Positions 8,805-18,842 of a stretch of 32,000 bases of DNA are shown in pieces (positions within the stretch are counted from its first letter, which is position 1; every line of letters begins with the position of its first letter). Where the stretch lies: contig CP042461.1 of the NCBI GenBank assembly GCA_004563595.2, positions 1,311,104-1,343,103 of the forward strand, written 5' to 3'. The DNA comes from Candidatus Saccharimonadota bacterium (GTDB taxonomy: Bacteria > Patescibacteriota > Gracilibacteria > BD1-5 > UBA6164). Below the pieces are notes generated by a model. It was not told the origin of the DNA, searched no databases, and saw only the letters and a program-made list of their open reading frames with translations. The position numbers and the translations under genes were made by a program.

Positions 8805-11800
8805 CTAGTAAGATCTAGTACCCATATCTAATTCATCAGACATATTGTTAGTTAATGAAGTAGCACCAGTATTGTCAGCAACACTGTATGTAACCCCAGT
8901 TTCTAATAATTGTAGAGATGAAGTATCACCATCTGCAGTACCAGTAATAGTGATTTTGAATGTTTCACTAGAACCAGCTGAGATTGTTTGATTTGTATCA
9001 GTCATACCAGCAAGAGTAAATGTAACTATATCAGGACTAGTAGTAATTACTCATGTGATAGTATCACTTGAGTCATCAGTATTAGATATAGTATATACTT
9101 CAGCACCTGCGATAGAAGTACCAAGAGTAGAGAACACTAATACGTCAACTAATGTGTTAGCAGTAGAGTTATCATTATCTTTAGTATTGTCTCCAGCAGT
9201 AGAAGTTAATTTTAATTCTGGTGTAGTACTAGAATTAAGAGAAGCTTCTACAGAAGCTGTAAGAAGAATAGGAACTATAGCAGTATCTTTAGAAGAACTA
9301 GAGATAGCTAATGTTTCATTCGTAGCATCTTTACCAGAATCAACACCTTGAACATCATTTAATGCAATATTAGTTATGTTAATACCTGTAACTGTAGCAC
9401 CATTTTTTTGGTAACCAATAGTTTCAGTATTTAATACTAATTTAAGTTCAGCAGTAGACTCTTCAACTATTAAATTATCTAAATCATCAAAAGTAATAGT
9501 AGTAGCAGTAACATCACCGATATTATTCGTATCAATTAATGTATCATCTAAGTATAGAGATGCATTAACTATTTTTTCTGTTAAATCAGTATCAACAGTG
9601 AAAACAACAGTTTCAACATCCATAGATTCATTAATAGATTGAACATCAACTGAGAATACAGTTTCAGAAGAACCAGCTAAAATAGTTTTAGCATCTTCAT
9701 TGTCTTCATTATTAGCATCAGCAGTTATAGTAAGTTCACCGAATCCAGTAATAGAGATTTGTCTATTAGAAAGGATATTAGTAGTAACAGTAACATCATC
9801 TTTATCATCATCTTCAACACTTAAAGAAGTAAGAGTTGTTTCGATAAATCTTTGATCTACTGCATCTTGTCCATCAACGATAGAAAGAACAACAATAAAT
9901 GTTTCAGTAGCGTTAGATTCTATTTTAACGTCTGTAAAGTCGTTAAATGTAACAGTACCATCAGAAGCAATTTTAGAACCAGATTCTTGGTCTAATAAAT
10001 TAGCCTCAGAAACAGAACCTACGTATAATCTTGCTTCAGAGATAGTTTGACTTGGTAAGTTAGTTGAACTAAATATAAATACTTCAGCTTGAGCAGTAAC
10101 AGCAACAACATTAGCAGTTGTAGCAACATTTGAACCAGCTAAATCACCAGTAGCATTAGCAGCAGAAGGGCTAGTGAAAGCAGTTCCTGCAACAGCAGCA
10201 GTTAAAACAAGATCAGCACCAGCGCTTGTTAATGTTATACCAGCTGTAGCGTAAGCAGCAGCATTAGCAGTAACAAAATTAGCTGCAGTAGTAGTAAGAT
10301 CAGTAGCAAAAGTAGAAGTTAATGGACTACCTGTAACACCAGCTGTAGTAATAGCTGCAGTACCTGAAGTACCAGTAATAGTAAGAGTATCTACTTGAGC
10401 AACTGCAGTAACAGCAACAACAGCAGCAGCAGCAGTTGGGTTAATTTTAGCAATTACTTCATCAACAGTTACGTAAGAAGATTCTTCAGCTTCAACTTCC
10501 CATTGTAAAGCAACAATATCTTTTGCTCCTCTAACAACAGTAATATCAGATAAATTAACTTCAGAAGCAGTAGCTCCAGATTCAGAACCATCAATAGAGT
10601 TAAAAGAAACACTAGAAGGAGTGATATCAGTAACTTCTTTATCATCTTCAGTTTCTTCAACATAGAAAGCACCTGCAGTTAATATATTAGTATTACCAGT
10701 AACAAAAGAGATTTCAAATGAAGCACTATCAAATAAATTGATATCTTCACCAGTATCAGCTCTAATAGACCAATTAGTTGATCCTTGAGGAATAATAACA
10801 TCTATACTATCTTCAGAATAGATATCAGAACTTGTACCTCCTAATTGTAATTCATACGAAGAACCTGTTTCTTCATTATATAATTCAACATCATCAAATA
10901 ATTTAGCAAGAGTTAATGCTTCAGTACCATTTAATGTATCATCATTAGCAGTACCTCCACCAGCACCATCATCAACGAATGCATTACCAGCAGTTAAAGT
11001 AACTTTAATACCAAACTCTTGTAATTCTAAGTTTTGTCCAGCAACATTTGTTAACTTGAACCCACCTATAGTAACATTATTTTTATCTTCTCTAATTTCA
11101 TCGAAATCAGGTTCAATTTCAACAATAGTTAATTCACCAGCTTCAATAGTAACTGTTTTAGGAGTACTATTAAAAGCAGTAATAACAACTGATGCACCGT
11201 AACCAAATTTAGTTGAAACAGCAGTAACGTCTAATTTTTCATCAATTGTGAATGAAATAACGTCAGCAGCACCTTCGATGATATCAGCCTTTACAGTGAA
11301 ATCTTCGTTTTTATCTTCTTGAATAGTTATACCATCACCTAAGTCAAATGTTAGGAAATCGTCTTTCATAGAAGCAGTAGATGCAACTAAATCATTACCG
11401 TAGTAAAGTTTAAAGTTAGCTAAATCATCTTCAGCATCACTAGAACCTTCAAAAGTAATAGTTTTTAAAATAACATCTTCATTGTTATCTCCATCAATTT
11501 CAAATTCAAAGATATCAACATTTTCTTCTCCTAAAGTAGGGTTAGAAACACTTGACCCTTGTGTAAATGTTAATGTTGGAGCATCAACAGAACCAATTCT
11601 TAGTGTATTTGCAACTAAGTTATCTAGTCCTTCAATGTTACTGTTTGCAACTAAGCTAGTTAGTTCTAAAGCAAACTCATCTTGAGCAGCAGCAGCAACA
11701 TTTCCTAAATCTACAACAATAGATAAAGTTCTTGTTTCACCAGCTTTAACTACAACACCTCCATCAGAAAGGTTTAGTTGAGCTTCAGTATCATTTTCTT

Positions 11801-12719
11801 GGTTATCATTTTTTTCATTAGAAGCTCTCCCTGTATCAGTAAATACAGCTAGAGATTCAAGAGTATTGTTATCAGATAACCCTCTTCTTTTAATTGTAAT
11901 TTGAGTAATAGTAACATCTTCAGAACCAGCAGTGAAATCAAAGCTAGCAGCTGGAAGACCGTTAACTGCACCAGGAACAGTAGCAGCAACTGGAGTTTCA
12001 GGAGAAAGAGAAACAGTTAATACATTGTCACCTGAGATAACTGTAGTAGTATCATCAGTAGTGTCAGTAGTAGTATCAGTATCATCTTCTTCATCATCAG
12101 TTAAGTCACCTAGAAGGTCACCTAAAAGATCATCATCATCATCAGTAGTTGTTTCCATTGAATCAGCTCCAACTTTGAATACCCAACCTCTAGTAGCAGA
12201 AGCATCGTAATCAGTAAAAGTAGAAACAATATCTTCATTAACAGCAAAAGCAACAACTTGTTCTTGCCATGAGCTCGTTTTAGAAGAATCAAAAGAGTAT
12301 CCTAAACCAGCAGCAGAAACCATCATACCTAAAGCTTCCGCTTTTGAGATATTTCTTTCTGGATTGAAAGTAGCATTAGAAGTAGAAACAATTCCAGCTT
12401 CAGCTAACGGTTCAATAGAGTAAACAGCCCAAGTATTAGGACTAGTAGCAGTAACATCAGTAAAAACACCTGTTACAGTAGTAGATTTTGCTAAACCAGC
12501 AACACCTCTAGCAACAGCAGCTATTTCTTGTCTTAATACATTTTGATCAAGATTATAAGCAGCAGTATCAGAACTGTGGTTATTAATAATTCCTTCAGCA
12601 GCTAAAGTATTAGCAGCATCAGTTTGAGCACCACTAGCAGCAGATACACCTGTAGAGAAAAGTCCCGATACAAGAGCAACTAAAGCAACACTAGCAGTAG
12701 CTTTTTTAAATAAATTCAT
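8805..12719 (-). CDS. S-layer-like cell-surface protein (1304 aa): signal peptide, three SLH repeats, acidic linker, multiple Ig-like/beta-sandwich modules and a conserved C-terminal domain
   Basis: Track ORF 9051-12719 ends at a TGA. Read as Gly, it joins in frame to ORF 8805-9005 with a true TAG stop at 8805-8807. Signal peptide: MNLFKKATASVALVALVSGLFSTGVSA. SLH signature: FTDV...NTWAVYSIEPLAEAGIVS...FNPERNISKAEALGMMVSAAGL. Linker: DDDDDLLGDLLGDLTDDEEDDTDTTTD. Repeated modules of about 100 aa (...DVTITQITIKRRG..., ...ILKTITFEGSS...FTVKADI...). The protein is acidic, rich in T/S/A/D/V and has no Cys. Confidence 0.9.
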
Positions 12720-12752
12720 GTAAATTTATTAAAAAATAAAAATAAGTGTAAG

Positions 12753-13841
12753 TTAAACACGTTTAAATATATGAGATAATTGTTTTTCAAAAGAATGAGT
12801 TGTAAATCTTTTAGCAGTACTTTTAGATGCTAAAGAAAGATTACTTCTTAATTCAGAGTTTGTTAAAATATCATAAGCTTTATCTATAAATTCATTATCT
12901 GAATCTACAAGATATCAATTCACTCAATTTTGAACTAACTCACGAGCTCAAGATTTATTCAAACATACCACAGGGATTCAAAGAGACATAGATTCAATAA
13001 GGACAAGCCCAAAAGAATCTATCAAGGATGGAAAGAGAAAAATATCTGACTTTCATAAAGTATCAATAATAGTATTATTATCTATAGTTCATAAGAAGGA
13101 AACATTTATATCATTTTCATACTTGTCACAATAATATGGTAACTCCTCTCATGCTCATCAAACTATCAAATGAAGACCTGGGATCTTCTTCTTTAAGTTT
13201 TCATAAGTATGAAAGATAAGTTGTATATTTTTTCACTCTCCCCATCTTCCATAAGTAAATATGGTATTTGAAGGTGAGTGAGTAATAATGTCTTTTTGTA
13301 TTTGTTTCTCAAAGTCTCTATCCAATACAGGAGAAAGAATTTCAGAAGGTATATTATAAATATCTTTTATAACAGACTGTAAGTACTGACTATTGGAAAT
13401 AACAAGATCAATTCTCTTTATTACTCTTTTCTCAAAAAAACGTTTTAACTTTAAAAAATTGTTTGTATTTTCACTGTAATACCATGGATAATGATGGTTC
13501 CACCAGATAAGCTTCGCTCTCGAAAAAAATAAAGTTTTTGATAACACTCATACAAAATGCATAGGTGAGTTTCAAATAATTACATAATCACTTTTTCTTA
13601 TTTTAAATGCTATATATAGGAGGCTAAAAAATTTTAACACTCCAAAACTATAGAAACTTTTCATTCAGAAATGTACAGCTTCTTCTGAAAAGACATTCTT
13701 ATCGTAAGAGAAACTATAAAATGTAACGTCATTATTCTTTTTATGTAAAAAGCTTGATAAGAATATCATCATCTTTACAGCTCATCATTTCTTATTTACA
13801 TAAGGATGAAGAACAGAGATCGTTTTATGTGTTGGTATCAT
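12753..13841 (-). CDS. Family 4 (GT-B, GT4) glycosyltransferase
   Basis: 362 aa: MIPTHKTISVLHPYVNKKGGAVKMM... N-terminal half. C-terminal half: ...TIFTYGRWGEGKN...HLIVGGAGEE...FLFPSLIDSFGLVLIESMSLGIPVVCLNKSGARELVQNGVNGYLV (E-x7-E region). Contains track ORF 13233-13547. Its stop is only 33 nt upstream of the S-layer gene ATG. Confidence 0.85.
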
Positions 13842-14135
13842 ATTATCTAAGGACTTATAGTAAAATACAAGGTTAAAGCCTTAACCCAAAAGTTGTACAC
13901 AACCCTGGGGAACAAGAAAGAAATAATTTCTACCCTCTTCCCCAAAGTTGTAATAACAAATCCTGTAAGCTACAAACTTTAATTTATTAAGTTTTCCCTA
14001 AAAGTAGGGATTGTTCAGTTCATGTTAATGACCAAAATAATTACGCGGACTATAATACTTCTTTCACCCCTCAAAGTCAAATAGGCAAAGGCACATTTCA
14101 CACATTCTTCACATAAGCTTAAATAATAAACAAAT
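13842..14135 (-). promoter_or_regulatory. GC-enriched, structured untranslated region of about 290 nt upstream of the GT4 gene; candidate 5' leader/riboswitch-like element or independent ncRNA, class not recognised
   Basis: No convincing ORF. Several stems are visible. One is a 12-bp helix, ACAACUUUGGGG/CCCCAGGGUUGU, that is fully paired (two G-U pairs) only in the minus-strand transcript; the plus strand would carry C-A mismatches. It encloses GGGGAA...UUCCCC-type pairing. There are also hairpins GGUUAAGGCUUUAACC and CCCUACUUUUAGGG. The region lies between the pilC terminator and the GT4 ATG. Confidence 0.3.
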
Positions 14136-14167
14136 AAAAAACTGAACAAATTTTGTTCAGTTTTTTA
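14136..14167. terminator. Hairpin terminator after pilC
   Basis: ACTGAACAAA (14141-14150) pairs with TTTGTTCAGT (14152-14161), flanked by an A-run and a T-run. Confidence 0.75.
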
Positions 14168-14175
14168 TTTGTTTA

Positions 14176-15342
14176 TTACCCATTTGAGATAGTATCTGCT
14201 AGATTCATGATAGGCTGCATAATAGCAACAGCGATAAATCAAACAACTACAGCTAAGAAAACTATAATAAATGGCTCAAGTAACTTATTCAATATATTTA
14301 TGGTATTATCTACCTGATCATCATAGAAGTCTGCTACTTTAATAATTGTTTGATCAAGCTTGGCTGTTTGTTCTCAAACTTGTATCATTTGTACCATCAT
14401 TTCTGGAAAAAGCTTATCTCCGTCAAGCGATTCCCACATTTTGATTCACTGCTGAATATCTTCAGAAACCAATAGTAATCTTTGTTTATATACTTCATTT
14501 CAAACAGCACTAGATGTAATTTTTAAACACTCTACCACGGATACTCATGATCAAAGTAGACCAGAAAATACTCTAGAAAACTTTGAGAGTATTAATTTTT
14601 GTCCCATTGGTCAAAAAACTGGTATTTTTAAAATAAACCCATCATAGAGGTATTTCCCATTTGGTGTCTTTTTCCATAAAGAAATGAGTATGTAACCTAC
14701 AATGAGTATTCAAATCATAATGAACCAATAATCTCTAAACGCATCTGAAATAGCGATAAGAGCTCTTGTTGACGGAGGAAGTGCTGATTTATCATCAAAT
14801 ATTTCTAATAATTTTGGCACTACCGCAACCATCATAACAGAAACAACCCCTATCACAACAACCATTATGAAAAATGGATACATCATGGCTGACTTAATTT
14901 TTCATGAAATTGATGACACTTTTTCTATCTGTAAAGCAAGATCGTTTAAGACAGTATTTAGTTGACCGGTCTTCTCTCAAGCGCTTATTATTCATACTTC
15001 TGCTTCGGTAAAACTAGATGGATATAGTTCTAAACAATCAGAAAAGCTCTTTCATCATCTCAATTCTTCACAAAACCTTCACATAATTTTTTTAAATACT
15101 GGGTTTTTTTCTTGTTTCTCTAATACAAGGATTGATTTTAGAATACTCATTCATGCATTTGTCATGGTAGACAAAAGACGAAAGAAAATAACTTTTTCTT
15201 TCACTTTTACACTTTGAAGAGAAACAATAAAATTATTTAATTGATCCATCAGAGAGGTATTATTTCTTTCTTTTTTTATATTATGGACAACATTGTCATT
15301 CTTTTTATTTTCATCATCATTTAAGATAATTAAATCTGACAT
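14176..15342 (-). CDS. pilC: Type IV pilus / type II secretion platform protein (PilC/GspF/ComGB family)
   Basis: 388 aa with two GspF repeats: ...VIFFRLLSTMTNAGMSILKSILVLEKQ...FSDCLELYPSSFTEAEVGIISAGEKTGQLNTVLNDLA... and ...FSRVFSGLLGSGVSVVECLKITSSAVGNEVY...LFPEMMVQMIQVGEQTAKLDQTI... TM segments are present. No in-frame TAA/TAG. Confidence 0.9.
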
Positions 15343-15364
15343 AATAAGGAATTAAAAATTAAAA

Positions 15365-16631
15365 ATTATCATTTTTGAGATTTTGCTACACGATATACTT
15401 CTTCTAATGAGGTCTCTCATCTAAGAGCCTTCATAACTCCGTCTTGTTCAAGAGAAACCATCCCATCCTTTATTGCTTGAGTATTAATATTCATTGCTGA
15501 TTCTCACCTCAATATCATTTGTTTTATTCACTTTGTAATCTCTAATGCTTCATAAAGTCATACTCTTCATTTATAACCAGTTCCCTCACATTCACTACAT
15601 CAGACCGGTTTATAAAAAACAGGGTTCTTTAATATATCTCACACCCTCTCGGTTAGTTCCTTTTTATCTGTGAGTGCAATAGCATTTTTTACATTATTAA
15701 GTGCATCATTTCATATTTCCTGTAAGCTTATTTTTTCTTTACAATTTTTACATAATTTTTTTATCAATCTTTGGGCAATGATAACATTAATAGATGCAGG
15801 GAGTAAAAATGGCTGAACTCACATGTTTAATAATCTTGTGAGTGTTTCTGACGCACTGTTGGTATGAATAGTAGATAATACGAGATGTCATGTTAATGAA
15901 GCTTCAATAGCGATATCTACCGTTTCTTTATCCCTCATTTCTCATACCATTATTATATCAGGATCTTGCCTGAGGGCAGTTCTGAGTCAATTTGCAAAAC
16001 TATATCATATAGCAGGCTTTATCTGACTCTGATTAATACCATCAACTTGATTTTCCACAGGATCTTCCAGCGTCATAATATTTACTCAAATTTTATTTAA
16101 AAGCGTAAGGGCTGAATATAAAGTAGTCGACTTCCCTGATCAAGTAGGTCATGAAGTTAATATTACCCCATTTGGTAAACTCAATGCTTTTTTTACTAAT
16201 CTCAAATTTTTTCCCTCAATTCATAACTCAGTTAATTTTGGTATTTTTTTACTTTTATCTACAATTCTCATTACAATTTTTTCACCATGCACTGTTGGAA
16301 GTGTAGAAACTCTCAAATCTAGAGATTTTCACTCTATAACTCTACTAATTCTTCCATCTTGAGGAATACGGGATTCATCAATTTTTAGCTCAGATAAAAT
16401 CTTAAATCTCGCAACGATTCACTGATGCAAAAACGATTGGTATTCTAAAATTTCTCTGAGCTCACCATCAAGCCTATAACGAAGTCTTACATAAGAGGAA
16501 AGTGGTTCTATATGAATATCAGAAGATTCTCATAAAACAGCCGCAAAAATAATATTGTCACAAATGAGTTGTATGTTATCTCATTTATAAACAAGGTCTT
16601 TCAGGCTATCTAAGACTTCTTTATAATTCAT
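15365..16631 (-). CDS. pilB: GspE/PilB/ComGA-family pilus assembly ATPase, interrupted by a +1 frameshift in an A6 tract (T-run 15660-15665 on the plus strand)
   Basis: From ATG 16631 the frame encodes the Walker A motif SGPTGSGKSTT (16122-16154), the Asp box, Walker B DPDIIMVGEMRD, the His box LTGHLVLSTIHTN and the first CKNC. After GAT AAA AAA it runs into a TAA at 15609-15611 (...DKKGTNREGVRYIKEPCFL*). The conserved remainder is in the +1 frame and ends at the TAA at 15365-15367: KELTERV...VGCSECEGTGYKGRVGLYEALEIT...MVSLEQDGVMKALRGETSLEEVYRV. As written there are two overlapping ORFs, 15609-16631 and 15365-15685. Confidence 0.85.
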
Positions 16632-16637
16632 GTTTTT

Positions 16638-17885
16638 TTATTTGATTATAATTTTTTCTTCCAGAGTATCTAATATTACATTATATTTCACTGCTTTTTT
16701 ATATAGTTTATCAATATTATCTTTCTTTTTTAATCATTGAGCGATCTGCTTTATATCTGAAGAAATTTCTTTTAAATAAGCATTTATTTTATTAACGTTT
16801 ATCTTATCAATTCCTTTTATTTTCTTATTTTTCATAAGAATATTTACATTCTTCTCAAGGGCTGCATATTGACTCAACATATTAACTACAAACTCCTCTA
16901 CTTTATAATATGGTAATCATTTTATATAAAATTTTAACTCTACATCAATTTTTATTTTCTCTCATCATTGTGTTGATTTTATGAAGTCTGGAAATGTTTT
17001 TTTAGAAGATTCCCCCGTATATCATGATGAATTTATGTATTCTCTCATTTGGAAACTATCAAGATCAATCATTTGGTTTTCATAGATATTATAATCTGCG
17101 TCTTTTCATGATCATAATAAAGTTATTTTTCTCCCTCTCTTTATTAAAAAATTATCTCTATATACAGATAATAGATTATCTTTTACTTCTATGTTTCATG
17201 CTTTCTCAATAAAATGAAGGAAATTAATTATATTTTCTTTTGAACCATTAAGATTGAGTCATAAAGGAATGTAAAATATATTTGTTTCTAATCATTTATT
17301 GTTCTTCCCATCATTAGAAAAATCTTCAAGTAATACTATATCTTTAATTCAAATAGGGTCTGTATATTTCAAAGAAAAGGATTCTAAAATAGTTTCCACG
17401 TAATTTATAAATTTAAAGTCTGTTAATGCTTCAGCTGTAAGGTCATTTGTTACTTCAGAGTAAGAAGGAAGGAGTTGAACAATTTCTTCTTCTTTTTCTT
17501 GCATTTTCAATTTGTTTTCATCATTATTAATCTCTTCTGATTTCTTTTCTAAAAAAACCATGAAACCTTCATTTGTTGTATTTTTTAAATGCTGTGCAAA
17601 AAAATCTTCTTTAATGTCTTTTAGTAATTCTACATCATATGAACTATATCATGTTCCTGTGGTAACAGCCTTTCCTAAAGCAAGGAAGTCTGTATATGAT
17701 ATCCCTCCTTTTGTAATAGCTTGGATATCTTGAGCTAAGATAGCTGTATCTTTCTTTTTCTGCTCAATCTCAATCACTCCTGGATATACAACTCCGTAAG
17801 AAAAGTATATTAAACCAATAAGTAAAAATGCGTAAAAAACAGCGTGTACAAGTATTCATTGAGACTCTCTCTTTGTTCTTTTCAT
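16638..17885 (-). CDS. Bitopic membrane protein (415 aa) in the pilus operon; possible PilO/PilN-type assembly component, assigned by position only
   Basis: MKRTKRESQG, then TM segment ILVHAVFYAFLLIGLIYFSYGVV, then a large extracytoplasmic domain. Contains track ORF 17349-17561. Its stop lies 6 nt before the pilB ATG. No in-frame TAA/TAG. No family recognised from sequence. Confidence 0.7.
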
Positions 17886-17894
17886 AAAAAAATT

Positions 17895-18797
17895 TTATAA
17901 TGATAAATTATTGGAATTATACTGTAACTTTATATCAAATTGTGTTTTTTTTGTAAATCATGTTGATTCTCAAAATATATTTTCTGATGAAAATATTTTT
18001 TGCCTATCTATAAGAGTAAAATCATTTCAATTTCTTTCAATATAATTTAAAAAACTATTTGCTATAGATATAGATGTTCATCAAACATTGCTATTATCAG
18101 TTCCGTCAAATCATTTAATTCCTCAGTTTTCATATCAAATTGAATATGCCTCACATTTAAGAGTGATAACTTCTTTTTTATTTATTTCGATATCAGAACA
18201 TTGTATTTTTTCAATTTCAATTGGATCATATGAATTCTTTAAGGCATCAAATTTTTCTAATATTTCCAACACTCTTAACTTATTATTACTCTTGTTTTCT
18301 AAGAAGATAATATGTTTTGATTTTGTGAAATTCTCAACTTTGTATAATCAACCCAGTACTTCTAAAACCTTTTTCACTTGATTGTCTTTTAATTTTTTTA
18401 ATTGGTCAGTATAATCTGTATATAGAAATGATACAGAAGAACAATATGAAGCTCCTGCGTGTAAATCTCATAATACTACACTACAGACAGGATCTAATGT
18501 AGTTAATTCTCTTATTTCTTCATTAGTTTGTATATAAAGATACCCGTAGAGGAGTCCTGCTATAAAAAGCCATATAAAAAATACTGTTTGAAGAAAGCTT
18601 CAAAAGATTGAAACATAGTATATTCCATCTTTATCCTTTTGTTTATTCATCTCATCAATCTCTTGCTTTAAGTCAGTGTTTGACTCAAATTCTTCGAATA
18701 TATTTGAAGAATTATCGGATGTTGTTTCTGCTTTCTTTTTTCTTTTTGTAAATAGCATAATTATTATTTTTAAATATAATCTCAATAATAATATCAT
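17895..18797 (-). CDS. Bitopic membrane protein (300 aa, or 287 aa from ATG 18758), first gene of the pilus operon; possible PilM/N-type component, assigned by position only
   Basis: Charged N-terminus KRKKKAETTSD..., TM segment SFLQTVFFIWLFIAGLLYGYLYI, then an extracytoplasmic domain with four Cys. Its stop lies 9 nt before the next ATG. Contains track ORF 18600-18797. A TATAAT-like box sits about 33 nt upstream of ATG 18797. Confidence 0.65.
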
Positions 18798-18842
18798 ATA
18801 TATAAAACAAAAACAAAAAAAGCTGCTTTACTATTATACTTT

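Noticed and set aside
9055-12210. ORFs inside the S-layer gene: plus-strand 9055-9351, 11482-11685 and 11932-12210, and the off-frame minus-strand ORF 10469-10672.
   Set aside because: These are shadow or alternative-frame ORFs of a long gene that is relatively GC-richer and poor in stop codons. Their translations are Ser/Val/Leu low-complexity strings with no family features. The 1304-aa frame explains the region.
14025-14114. 29-aa Cys-rich minus-strand mini-ORF (MGRMCEMCLCLFDFEGGKKYYSPRNYFGH under code 25) inside the structured leader.
   Set aside because: It is too short to support from sequence alone, has no recognisable family, and overlaps predicted RNA helices. It is kept only as a possibility, for example a leader peptide.
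13842-14135. Known RNA genes (tRNA, SRP RNA, 6S, RNase P, tmRNA, c-di-GMP/TPP/cobalamin riboswitches) in the GC-rich spacer.
   Set aside because: None of the diagnostic conserved strings is present on either strand: the T-loop GGTTCGAATCC, SRP GGAAGCAGC, RNase P GGAAAGTCCGG, the tmRNA 3' end, or the B12 box. The region is therefore reported only as an unclassified structured element.
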